A model generated the notes under the pieces. It did no database searches. It worked only from the letters and a program-made list of their open reading frames with translations, and was not told the DNA's origin. A stretch of 64,000 nt of DNA from Amphiscolops sp. MND2022 (taxonomy: Eukaryota): contig OZ076409.1 of the NCBI GenBank assembly GCA_964187785.1, forward strand, positions 17,114,001-17,178,000. Direction: 5' to 3'. Below, piece by piece: positions 1 through 12,446 of the stretch; the first letter of the stretch is position 1, and every line of letters starts with the position of its first letter. The position numbers and the translations under genes were made by a program.

Positions 1-1920
1 AAATGGTTTGAATTTCGTGAAGAAATTTGATGTATTTTTGACAAAGCAGTCTCTCATTGCCAAGTTGCTTTTTCGTCAAATGTTTGTCTTCTGGTTTCAC
101 ATGTTTATAGAAACATTTGATAGTTGCAATTGTGTCTTTTTTGTTTTAGAAGACGCTGTAACTCGCCCGTATCTAATGGATCCAGCATAGCTACCCGCGG
201 TTTCTGATAGACCATTAACTCAGCTTTGATTATATTGAGACGTCTGACACAGCAGGTTCCGTCGTTAACTTGATCAGAGCGTGCTCAACCCATGATTTTT
301 GTTGCTCCCGGGAACGAATTATCTGGAGTAAAAATTCCTTGGAAAGACAATACTTGTGACCGCTGTTGGTTTTGCATGAAACTCCAACAATCAGTTGATT
401 TTCCCACAAAACATTTTCTTCTTTTTCACATACAGTAGAGAAAGTCGATTTCCTACAGAGAGTAGAATAAATCGTTTAAAGAAATCAATCTGGCCACCTA
501 TAACTTGGGCTCCAATTCTCCCAAATGATCAATAGGTTAAACATTTCTTTTTATTGGCAATGAGCAATTTAGGAGCGGTTAAACTTTTTCCTTTGAATAG
601 TTCTATCGTTCCCGTGAAATCCAATGTCTGCAATTTTGACTACCTTATTAGAGAAATATTACTCCCATTATCAACAAAACAAAGGCAGTAGTTTTTCTTC
701 CTTGTATCCGAAATGTTGCACACAAAGCCTGTGTGTTTATCTGAGTTATCACCTGTTATTTCCTTTTTGAATATCACTTTGTTAGACGAACATCGAGCCA
801 CGACCACATTAGCTTCTGAAATTTTAGCCTCCTAACATATTATTTTAAAGAAGGGAACCTTTGCTGATAATGCCGAGAGCTCGCACAGCTGTATCAGTTT
901 CTACATTGTCCCGCCTGGTGACATTCCTGATCCCATTAATAGCAGCCATCTTTATAAAACCTCACCTTTTGATCAGTTGTTCATACCTTCTTTCGTGAAA
1001 GGGATCTATGTTGCTTCGCAGATAACCTTCCAGGCGTAGGGGGTCTGTAGTTGCTTCATCTCTGGTTCTCAAGACCTCTTCCTGGTCAACTTCTAGTTCT
1101 TTTTTACTTTCTCTCGAGCTGCTTCCTAACTGGTTTCCCTCATGGAATTCCTTGCGGTTGGTATTTCGCGATTCCCACGAGAGTGGCAGTGCTTTTGCTA
1201 ACTGAATAATTGACTCAATTTGTTTTCGTTTTTGTCGAGTTGTAGCATTGCTACTCTGGGCTCTTTCTCCTTATCCCCAATTCTTGTGAGATCTTCCCTA
1301 CGTAATGCTGTTTCCAGAAGCCTCTTGGTGTTCACTTCTGCAAACCCATTCATTTTTCTCGTCCCCCAACGTACATGGCTATTTCTAGTTCCCTCTAGCC
1401 AGCCGCGCACTCCAAAAGGGTCTTTAATCTTTAAGAACTCCCGGTGGCATGCTTTTATTTGCTAAGCACTGTAAATCTCCCCAAAAATCTGTTAACTTTT
1501 TCTCGGTTGTCGTACTCTTCTTGCCAGCCGAGCCCGAAACACCACTGGTTTCTCGATTTAAAGCATTCGGAAAGCCTGTTTTGTCTTTTCACACTTCCTC
1601 GTTTGCGTTCATCCGTTAGCATTCAGTAAAAATTTATCGCTGACATTTCAAGAAGTAGCACAAAGTTTTCAGGCCTATCAAACTACATCCACTTCGTTTT
1701 CTTCGAGATTCACTGTTCCACCCCAGTTATGGATATTAGTTAACAGTTCAGAACGGGTTATGTAGCTTTCAATGTCATTGTAGCGAGTGAATAAGTCGAG
1801 TAATAACATTTTGTATTTACCCGTAGCTATCTTAGTATCAACACGATGGTTTAGTTGTTCTTGTTGTGTTACTTTCTTTTTTGGGCTTTCAACTAGCTCG
1901 ACGAGAATGACTCACTAACA
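1..1920 (-). mobile_element. Heavily decayed LTR retrotransposon 5' part (gag-protease remnant), running off the window start
   Basis: Minus-strand translation across stops gives a degenerate double Zn knuckle (GCY*WDQECHQAGQCRN*YSCASSRHYQQ, ~850-950) followed by an aspartyl-protease-like motif YCLCFVDNGSNISLI (~645-690). Possible short LTR ~1727-1920 (TGTTA...TAAC) followed by TGG. Boundaries are approximate. Confidence 0.5.
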
Positions 1921-3179
1921 AGAGCTAGTTGATTTTTATGGAATCAATGAAACCCAGTGATATTTCTTTCGAGAAAGAAGTTCAATAAACTTTTATTGTT
2001 TTTTCCTTGTATTATTTTTTCGAACCAGTTTGTTAACCAAATTCTATTCTCTTTGCAATATTCCTTTTACTCGCACATTCTAGACGTGTCTTATTTGTGA
2101 CACTTACTGAAAAAATATTTACAATCAACCAAAGCACGATCTTCTTTTTAAAACGTTGATTTGACTCAAGCACTGACAACTTTTTAAACAATTCTATCCA
2201 ATAGTTTCATAATGTTTACAACACGTAACCTCTGATTGTCGTCAATCTCGAGAACAATTGATGACGTTAACAATCGTAACGTAAAATGTGTGGTAGTTTC
2301 TGCTTTCTCAGCCTTGTTTTTTAGATTTTGAAATACAATTGAGAAAACGAAAAACAGAACCTTCTACAGTTCCAAGTCGTCTCTGAGATTTACAATACTT
2401 CCATTTCGTGAAGTTCAAAAATACCTAACTTTCCGTATTCTGGATTGTCTTCTCGAATCTGGCACTATTTATAGTGACTGAGTCGTTAAAAAATTTGTTT
2501 GAGAGAAATTCTTTAGTTGGAGAAAAATCTAACGGAGAGTTTTTGAATTCCGTATGCTCCAAATTTGTTGATGAGATTTTTTTTCAATCCACAAAATGTA
2601 CAAATTATGGGTTTCAGTACCCTCTTCACCACTGTAGTATCTAAGCCTAGCTTGGAGAGGTAGTTTTTGGATTCGCAAAATGTATGTTGTAGAATGTTGA
2701 GGGAAGAATAGATTATAGTTCTCATTGAAAATGATATTAGAGTTTTTTGATAGAGGCAGATTCAACTATTTAAGGTAGAATTAAGTCTCTTTTCAAAAGT
2801 CAGCCTTCTTTCTGCTCCTTTTCAAAGCTTTTGTTGGTTTTAGTATTGGCAAGATCGTCGTTATCATGGACATAATTTCACTTTTCCCCCACTCGCGTCG
2901 AACCCCGACCGTTTTGTTGTTCATTTCACATATCTTGCTGTCGAACCCTGACAATAGGATGAACGAAGGTTTTCAAATTCTGATAATCATGTTTTGATAT
3001 GTCTGATAATAATGTTTTAATTCTCATCGTAAATCACTAATCAGTCTGAACTTTATGTTTGATTATTTATAGTTTTTCAAAATCACCTTGTATATGTTTT
3101 CTATAGTACCGTAAGCTTCTGAATGATAAAGACGAATGGACTGGTTCCATAGAGTGTGATAATGGCACCACACAGAGAA

Positions 3180-3770
3180 AAGTGAAATTGCTTCATTGTT
3201 CCGAACTTTTTTCTGTAGGCAAACACCTCCAAGAACAAGATATATACCAGAAGCATTTGAAGGACTCTGACTATATCGAGTCACTAGGGCAAACGTTTCG
3301 AACGATTTCTCAACAACTGTATTATCAGACGCATGCAAAGAAGTCAATATCTTGGCGACGAGCAAGAGGGTTTCTAGGAAATACTGTGAGATACTGTGTG
3401 TACCGAAAATACCTAGCCTCGAAGAAACCAAACCGTCCCACAAACTTTGTGCTCTGATCAATATTGATTTCAAGAAAGCCTTCGGCAGCGCTTGGATTGT
3501 TGGACTGATCAAGACAATACGAAGTTATGAAAGCTTTGATACAAACTTATAATGACTTTCCCAACTGCACAAGTGGCCTTAATTAAACTAGAAAACGGTT
3601 TACCCTATAACTTTATCTCAAATCAAAATTAGCGTTCCGCAAGGTTGTGTAATTCCACCACACCTGTACATCATCTACTTAGAGGACTTTCTGATAGAAG
3701 GGGAGACATTTTCCAAGTTTGCAGATGATAGTTCTGTCCTGGTAAAAGGTGATTACACTGACGAAGTAAC
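3180..3770 (+). pseudogene. Non-LTR retrotransposon (LINE) reverse transcriptase fragment
   Basis: Broken frames give RT motifs IDFKKAF (~3462), VPQGCVIPPHLYIIYLEDF (~3634) and KFADD (~3715). Confidence 0.6.
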
Positions 3771-3774
3771 TAAG

Positions 3775-4485
3775 AAGACGCCCGCTATGCACCGAGATAT
3801 ATTCCGTCTTCTCTGCCTTCACCAACTGAGACATTGTAAGCAAAATAGTCAAGTAACTAAAATAGTCTTGAAACTATAAAAGTCAAGTAACTGAATTAGT
3901 AATTGAATCTAGGAAAACTCGTCAAAAACAACTCGTCGAAAACAACTCGCCGAAAACAACTCGCCGAAAACAACTCGCCGACAATACTAGCCGAAAAACT
4001 CGTCAAAAAGCAACTCGCCGAAAATTCACCGGCGGAAACCTCTTCGCAAGAACAGAAAATAATCTCGGGCAAATATAGTGCTAAGTTTGTGATTTAACCA
4101 AGTTATGAAGTTCGAAATTATTAGGAAGTATTACTCTGCAAACTATAAAAGTGAAACATTTCAAGCAATTATATAACTAAAAAGCCGATATTATGCGTGA
4201 AACTTTTTTAACGCATGAATTAACGATAATTAAACTATAATTAGAACTGAATCATCTCAGTGGGTAATTTGTAAGTATTCGACGAGTTTGTACTTAATTA
4301 TCATTCGACCAGTTTTCCGCCCTTTAATTTCGACGAGTTGCATTCTGCGAGTTGTTTTCGACGACTTGTCCGCATACCTAGTAACTAAGTGAATTGGATG
4401 GACATCGAGGATATTTGGCAGAATTAGGAAAACAAGCGCCACAGATTATGATTTTCCTCCCTCATTATAGGTGGGCGGAAAAAAG
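3775..4485 (+). mobile_element. Helentron/HINE-like non-autonomous repeat, family A
   Basis: Starts AAGACGCCCGCT...GATATATTCCG and ends GATTTTCCTCCC...GTGGGCGGAAAA. The same termini occur at 5608-5991 (minus), 45636-48330 and 53251-53660. Confidence 0.45.
3913..4025. repeat. ~14-15-bp tandem array (AAAACAACTCGYCGA) with inverted copies at ~4278-4365; MITE-like
   Basis: The unit recurs ~7 times; reverse-complement units TCGACGAGTT occur near 4279, 4330 and 4357. Confidence 0.65.
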
Positions 4486-5607
4486 GAATAAATAGAAACC
4501 ATCAGGTCTCAATATAAATTGGTGCACTAAATTGCGAATGATGGTGAACGGTAGTAAAAGTGAAGTAATTCTCATTCACTGTGATGAAAAGTAGTCAATT
4601 CTCGAGTATTGAATAAAGACACTTGTGATTAGTGACGGTAATCAGTCAACAAAATGACAGGGTTTATTATTGATAATGGACTCTACTACGAAGAGCATTC
4701 TTTGAAAAGTGTAGAAAAAGCGAAAAGAAACTCTAAATATGTCGAGAATTTGTGCCAAAAAATTGGTGACTTGCCCTACCTTCAATAGTTCTTCTATATA
4801 CAACATTGGTTGTCCCAACTCATGTATGCATCGCCTAATTGCTACGAGAAAACTCGAGACAGTCGAGAAAATATATCGAACCCCATTCGTACTGTGTTCA
4901 GAACTAGCTGTTCTACCAAGGTATCAACATGTAAATTTCTTCTTGGAAGCCCTCCTCTCGACATGATTGCCTCTCAAAAAGGTGTCAAGTTATTAGTGGA
5001 AACCCAAATTAGAAATGAGCATCACAAAAGCTCATGCTGACCATTCCGGTTCATTCAAGTATATCCTCCCTATCTAAAACAACTCTCAACTGTGTTTTCT
5101 TTCTTAATAAAATTTTTTTTCAGCGACATGCTTTGAAAATTAAGTTTAAGTTTTAGGTTCTGCTACCAACCAACAAAAGCAATCGATCGTTATTGTCGAC
5201 ATTCAAACTCAGAGCCTCCATGGCTTTTCTGTTATCATGTAACATTTTCAGATTTTTCAGTAAATTATCTCAATGCTTTGTTCTGTTTCCAGTTTGCACG
5301 TTTACCATGGCAAGGTTTTCCGCAACAATTTCAACTCTGAAAGGTCCACTTTATAGACTAACAGGGGTCATTTAACAAACGAAGGAGACTTCCCCTTCAC
5401 CAACGAAGGCCAAGTCAACGCTTACACTGCGACAAACGTCCTCTGACCAAGTGGCCCCTGTCACTCCGTTCCAACGCTCCCCCATTTGTAATGTACATAT
5501 TTGTGTCAAATATACTTTTGAATGGTCAAAATGGAGCAACCCTACGTTATTTATATCTTCACCCTTTCCTGAGCATTGAACTCACATACATATCTATTTT
5601 AATTTTT

Positions 5608-5991
5608 TTTCGCCCTGGGTGGAGGAAAATCATGATCTGTGTTGCGTTTTTTTTTCAAAATTCTGCTAAATCTCATCCGAGGTCCTCATTCGACTTAACT
5701 ACTCGATTGTTTTATATAGCTACTTGACTATTTTAGTTACTAGTAACTAAAATAGTCAAGTAACTAAAACAGCTTAGAGGGGGAAATAATACTTGAAGTA
5801 GAAATGGTAAAAAAATCTAAAGTAAATAAGATATAAAATTCAGGAGGGGAATAATATCTAAAGGGATTAAGGTCTAAAATAACTAAATTTTAGATCTTAT
5901 ACTTAAAATCCTATTCGCCCGCCCAAAATAGCTATTGCTGTTTTTGAAGGCGAAGAAGGCGGAAAATATCCCGGTGCTTAGCGGGCGTCTT
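5608..5991 (-). mobile_element. Helentron/HINE-like family A copy (reverse orientation)
   Basis: GGCGGAAAATATCCCGGTGCTTAGCGGGCGTCTT (5958-5991) is the reverse complement of the family A head; TTTTCGCCC...GGAGGAAAATCATGATCTGTG matches the reverse of the tail. Confidence 0.45.
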
Positions 5992-6397
5992 ACTGCACTT
6001 TTTCAGTGTAACTTCTGATTGATTGCAACATATTGAAACTAATATCAAAAGAAGCAGCGACTGAAAAAGAAGACGAGGATTAAGTTTGCTGTCAATTTCA
6101 ATCTTCGCGCTTTGAAAATTGCATAATGCTGGTGAATCTTTCAAAGCAACAACTTCTGCTCAACTCAAAACACTTTCATTGCAAATTTTTACAGAGAATG
6201 ACCTTGCAGATAATATCAATTGCGAATTTTCTAAAGATTTTGGGGATGCAATTCAAATTACGGACCCAAAATTTGAAACTCTTTGAATACTGATTAACAA
6301 ATTATGCAACAAAATTTGGATGTGTTTCATTTTGTTTCACATTTAGATTCAGCCATACGTACATACGCAGTTATTCAAAGAGTGTTTCGAGTTTATT

Positions 6398-9300
6398 TCA
6401 GCTCTCTTGCTTTATGGTTTTTCCCCACCACATCAGCTGTTGGAGTTTTCCCTCCAAAAACTGGGCGACTGAGATAACGCTCAGACCCAGCCACATTCCC
6501 ATAAGACCCCCAATGTTACTCAGGAAGGTAGATAAACTCATAAGGGGGATAGTTTCGAAAAACACTTCCGGTTGATTGCGTTCATGGTGAAACGCGACTG
6601 TTGCTATATTTTTTAGAACATTTTTCTCGGTTCCATTTACATCGTCCAGTTGATCCAGAATGTAACTGGCTAATTTCGAATCATTCGATGAACGCTGTTT
6701 GATTTTGTTCAAGCTCGCTTTCCAAGCTTGTGACGTCAATTTGTTGAATTGTTGAAGTATGTTCAGATTGTAGGAAGTTTGTCTACACTTTCTGAGACAT
6801 TTTTTCATGCAGCCTTTAGCTAGGTTCTCCATTTTTTGGATATGGTAAAACCATTGAATAAAACACTGACGAGCTTCATAACTTTCTATGCATTCGGAGT
6901 TGGTTTGATCTCTCGCCAAGTAAAATGAGCAATTGCACTTCTGCTGGTAAACTTCTCCCTAGAACCATTGAATGGTGATGTACATTCGAAGAATGAGTCG
7001 GAAAACTGGTCGAATAAAAAATAGCATGGAAAATTATACAACGACTATAATAGTGCTTTGACGTCGATTTATTTTTTACTCGCCGATGTAGGAAATTTCA
7101 TGTAACTTCTGGTCGTTTTTTTCTTTAAAATCCGTCTACAATGAACCTAGATTTCAAGAGGGCTGAGAGGGTTCTTCGTTTCATTTATTGGCATTCATTT
7201 TTCTTCGAATTGCAAAGCTCTTTTTGTTTTCTTTTTGGCGTTGTGCAATTTTTGAAGGTTTACAATTATCAAATCACAAATAGTTCTCGTTATGTTTTAA
7301 TTTGCTTTTTCAAGTTAGAAAAGAGTCTTTTGAGCCCAAAGGATCACGATTTTTAGAATTTTTTGGCGATGATATTTTCGAGACCAAGGTCTTAAGCGAT
7401 TTCAAAGTATCTTGCAAATTTTGATACTTATGCAGAACATTGACTTACGACATTCCCAATTAGATTTTAAAAAATAAACAGCAGCTTTGCTAACGATGGC
7501 TTGCATTTCTGCTCAAACTCTCAAACAATAATAGTTGAGGCTTTTAAAAAAATCGTAAGGTAACACGTTCAAGTCCAGGAACGTTTTGTAACTGTTTTCA
7601 ACAACAAGGTTCTTTGATGAAGTTTAGCTTTGGATTCCGATTTTCTGATTAACTTTTCAATCAGTTTCAAAGTACTGATTTCTTTGAAGTGAAGATGTAA
7701 ATCACTACATGGCAGAGGGAAACACAGTATTCGGTGTTGTAATGAATCTGGAATTCAGATCCAGTAAAGTTGTATCTAATGGGCGCAGTTCCTTCGAAGC
7801 ATTTCGACTTCTTGTAGGACTTCTGTTGAATTTTGTGCTCAGTCGTTGCAGAAATGGAAAAAATGTCGTTCGGCTTCACAAACAGTTCTCGAGTAAAACC
7901 AATGTGATCGTCAGGGTGTGAAAAAGAAACGTAAGCTCCGCTGTGTTTGGGGTGTAAAATGAACTAATTATCCATAGTTTAGAAAGAAATCGTTCTCCTC
8001 AAAGTTTTGATTCAACCTGTTGAAATTTAATAAGGGCTTTTTGTAACAAAAAATCCCGGAACAGTGCTGCTAAAGACTAACTGTGATCCGAACAAAGAAG
8101 GCATGATAGTACGGTACTGTGATTCAGAAATTGTCCACCTATGCGCTGAGCGTCGTTATCAACCAATTATAATAGCTTAGTTGCTCTCACTTTCAATTCT
8201 GATTGGCGCATAGAGTGAAATCTCCTCTGCTATTTTCCCAGTTTTGGGCAGGTTTTTGAAATGGTTTTCTGATAATTTCAAATTCATCGAAGTCTGCAGA
8301 TTGTATAGAATTCAATGATATGTTTTTTGTTCCAAAAACATTCTAAATGTAAGAATAATCGCAGTTTTTGGCGCGAAACGTCCATTTCCTATCTTGATAT
8401 ATGTTTATTATTTAGTTCACTATATATTTAGTTCACTATATATCGACACGTCCCCGAGGGCAAGAGATTGAAGGTCTCAGAGCGTTTTCTTCCTATAAAC
8501 CAGGGATCGTTTCGTATTGTAAATGCGATATCTGTTGGTTTACTTCTGTTTGAGAAGACATAAGTTGGTCAATACAATGGTTTTTGGATGATTTTGAGTC
8601 AGAATTAGTGTCCGAGACAGTGTTTCGTTCGGTTTCGATACTGAAATAGGTTTTTGTTGATTTTAGGTAAAAGTCTGGATGATTTTACCACTACGGAGTC
8701 TCGTGGTGACGTTACACTCATACGATGAGAAGAAATGGTTGACGATTTAAATGATTGAGTTGATGTTGAAGGGTTAGCTAAGGTAGAAGATTTTGTGTGA
8801 AGCAGGTCCCTGTGTTGTCCCTGTGTTGTACGAGAGCAAAACGAGTTAAAGAGTACTTTCTGAGTTACTGAATTGCGTCACCTCCAGGTTTGTCACTTCG
8901 TTTAAACTCATCAACTTCAGCCACCGGATGGCCATAGGATCGGATTTACATAATTGATTAAAACATACTTCACACACTGCACTGAATACAAATTGGTTGA
9001 AGTAATGAATATTCTAAAGCTATTCGATGAAATTATGATGCGAAGTAGCGTGTGTGATGGGTTTTGGATGAAAGTAGTTTGAGCCTTCTAATTTTAGAGG
9101 CACTGACTTTAGTGCACTGACTTTTATTCATTTTGCATCATATAAATGCACTGAAACACTGGATGATTGCGTGTATTTCGAACACTAGCACCTTCTGGGA
9201 TAAACGACGCTTGTTCAGAGATCAGTTTATAATAAATATAGATATGTACGTGAACTCAGTGCTCAGGGAGCGGTGAAATTATATAAAAAAACGTATGGTT

Positions 9301-11897
9301 GACCTCAACCATCTGTTGTTATTTTATGGCTCTTTATTGCCCATAGATATGTATATATAACATAAATTTGTATATAACAAATAATATATGGGGCTTCTTT
9401 TCTTTACTTCGTGTTAGCGGGTTTCACTTCTGGCTATTCTCCCTCTTCCACATTCATGACCACATAGATCCCAGGGTTGGTCTTCTTCGACGAATTTCCC
9501 TCTCCGGACGTCCGCTCCAATGATGATTCCGTTTGGCTTTCGACTTCCAACTGTTGAGAGCTGCCTGCTTTGGTCGCATCTCGTTTGGCGTAGACGATTT
9601 CATATCTACCCTTTTTCGACAAAAACGTCATCGTGTTGGCACTCTCCTTTACCATCTTTCCCGCTTTCTACTTGTTTTGTCCTTCTAATTTTGACCCCTA
9701 GTTTTTGTTGATCGCAGCTCCATGTTAAAGACTAACTGTGATCCGAAGCAAGAAGGAACGATAGAATAAAGAATTAATTGCGAACTATATCTCAAAACAA
9801 ATGCAAGAACAACAGACATAATGTACTTTGTTTGACTCTAGCATTTTTGACAGTTGTTAGTAAATGCTGCCTCTATTTAATTCAAAATATTCTAAATACT
9901 GCTCTGTTCACTTCATGTACCCAACTCCTACAGTGGGGAAAGTTTAATGTCAGATCACAATCCTCACACTGAATGATTAGATTTCTGAACGGATTTTTGC
10001 GTCAATGTCCCGCCTTAGGCGTAGTGGTTGGGATGTCTTTTCTGCTTTTGTGGGTTAGTTAGAGCCCCGCACAGAACAAGTTTTCAAAGATTGCAAAGCT
10101 AGAAGAGACTAAAGCGTCCCTCATCTGGATTTTGTGCACTGTTCAACGTTTTCTAAAATTTTTGAGTCCACTGAATCGGGCTTTCAGTTTGATGAAAGCG
10201 TTTTTGTCAAAAACAATCATGATGCTTTCTCATTAGTTATAGCATTTTATAATACTTACGAATGAGTGTAATTTGAAGTTTAAAGTACAATCTCAAATTG
10301 ATTGGGTCAATTTTTCAAAAAAAGAACTAGACCCTCAGATGAAGAGAAACTGGACAGTTGTTGAAATAGTTTCCAAAAACAGCATTTACTTTTCGCAGGT
10401 TCTTGAAACATCATTGAAACATTGTTATCAGAAGTGTTATTACAATTCAATGCTAATAAAATTAAATTAGTTTCCGTTCATTTTTAAGTTTAAACAATAA
10501 TAAATTACGAACTAAACTTTGTATAGTTTTTAGCTTGATAACTTTGTGTATCGTTTATTGAGAAAGTTGCTTTCAAAACGCACCTTCAATGTCGAAAATT
10601 CTGTTTTGCACTTAGTTTCTTGCATCAACTTAAATGGCACTCATTTAAAGCTAGTACCGGTAATGAAAACAATCTAGCTGAATAGAAATCGAAATATGAA
10701 AACTTCTATGAACTTTGTAGTTACTTCCGGCAAAAATTATCTGCAGTTGTTGGTTAATTACGAACTTTTGTTTCCATTTTTCATGAAAACCTTCTCTCAG
10801 AGACAATCCGACTTTTGTAGTTTTTCAATACCCCACATTTCAACCCCTACCTTTGTGTGACATATCTGCACATTGTTATGTTGGGGTCGAAGAATAAAGT
10901 TAGTGTGACAGACCAGAACTCGCCGTAATTTTTCAAGCCGATCTTGGGCTCGTAGCACCCAATTTCAGGGTGTAAGTTCCATTGAAAATCTTCCATGCAG
11001 TTATCAGGGCTTCCTCTCAAGTGGCAAAAAACCATGAAACGGTCTAGGTCCAGTTTGAACGTTTCCAGAACTCGGGCGCTGGTGAAAACCCGATATTTTC
11101 CTGAAGGTGTCGGCTGGACGTACATCTGGTCGTTGAACGAGGTGTTTCCCAGGGCAGCTTGGTATAGAAACTCGTATGAATCGAAGTCAAAGTTAGTTCC
11201 ATTGTATGCCAAGACCAGCGACCGAAGAAATTCACATAAACACCTGCCTAAAGGCTTAAACATGACCAACTTACATACAGCCAGGGTTGTAAGAATAAAT
11301 ATATACTTTTTAATTATGTAAAGAAAACAACTAAACCAGTTTTTTTCCTTTTCGGAAGTAAAACATCATATCCTGATGCTAAACTTGTCTCAACGTCGTA
11401 ATATTGCTTGCATCAGGTACTGAATTTGCAACGTTTCATTTTTTCCAACAATTGTAAAACGAATATTTCAAAGTTTCTGATGTTGTTTTTTGCCCGCATT
11501 TACTTCGAAGATAAGTTTTCCGTGAGTTTTTTCATCAATTTGGTTGAGAACTTCTCAAAAAGTTTCAAAATACCTGCCTCAAAATAATGCCAAGCAGACT
11601 TGATTGAATTTCTGCGGCAGAATGTGAAACTTTTTCTAGGTCCACGTATGCATTATTGCACACTCTGATAACTACATCGTCAGGAGTTTCAGATTGTTCT
11701 GCAAAAGTGAGTACTGTCACCAAGTTTCCAGCTGTGTATTCCAAGAATGGTTTGAAAAGGAATCCAAGGAGCACTCCCGAGCAAACAACCCATAAAGCAA
11801 CCCACGCGGCTTTGTTGCTCCAGCTGTTTCTCCAGATCGGGAAATCCAGAGCTTCGAAGCCGGGTTGAAGATTTTTTTTACTTATCGAGGAAAAAAA
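6398..11897 (-). CDS. DEG/ENaC (amiloride-sensitive sodium channel/ASIC family) gene, at least 4 exons; 5' exons unresolved
   Basis: Exon ~11897-11632 has TM1 (AAWVALWVVCSGVLLGFLF) and VVIRVCNN. Exon ~11226-10851 has FMVFCHLRG..C..DF. Exon 7940-7709 has SGAYVSFSHP and YNTEYCVSLCH. Exon 6958-6398 has QKCNCS, CMKKCLRKCRQTSY and TM2 LSNIGGLMGMWLGLSVISVAQFLE. GT-AG introns 10850-7941 and 7708-6959 keep frame. Confidence 0.88.
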
Positions 11898-12116
11898 CTA
11901 CTGAGAAGTATTAAAAAGTTACATTTTTGCGGGGGTACTTTCAGACACGTCCCGGAAATACATAAACATACACAAATGGACACTATTTGAATCGGTAATC
12001 AAAAATTTTTTTGAAACAATTCGAATATATTTGGACCAATGAAGCTCCATTTGTTGGATGGAACCAATACTTTGCACCTATATCAGTGAACTGATATTCA
12101 AGAAAATGGTTTCAGG

Positions 12117-12393
12117 TGTTATACGGTACACATACCGAACCGATCCTTTCGGTTGACACTGTCAATCACAAAACTTTAGATCATTCTCATCATAGACATT
12201 TATTTATACATATGCTTACATATTAGTAAATATTAGTAAACAACATATGTTACTTTGCCTTATATCGAAATTGCATCAGTTAGATACTTTTCGTAGCTAG
12301 AGAATAGATCGTTTCACTGACAGTATTTATGTTCTGAAAAGATACTTTTAAATAAACTTATTTGTTTTCTTATTCAACCAAGAATATAGAACA
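12117..12393 (+). repeat. 5' LTR (277 bp)
   Basis: Direct repeat of 17656-17922; carries one extra TATTAGTAAA copy. Confidence 0.95.
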
Positions 12394-12404
12394 TGGCGCA
12401 GTCA
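12394..12404 (+). promoter_or_regulatory. Primer-binding site TGGCGCAGTC, tRNA-Ser-like
   Basis: TGG immediately after the LTR CA; resembles the complement of a tRNA-Ser 3' end. The tRNA identity is inferred. Confidence 0.7.
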
Positions 12405-12446
12405 GAAAATTGAAATTACCAAGAATATTTCAACAAAACAAAGAAA

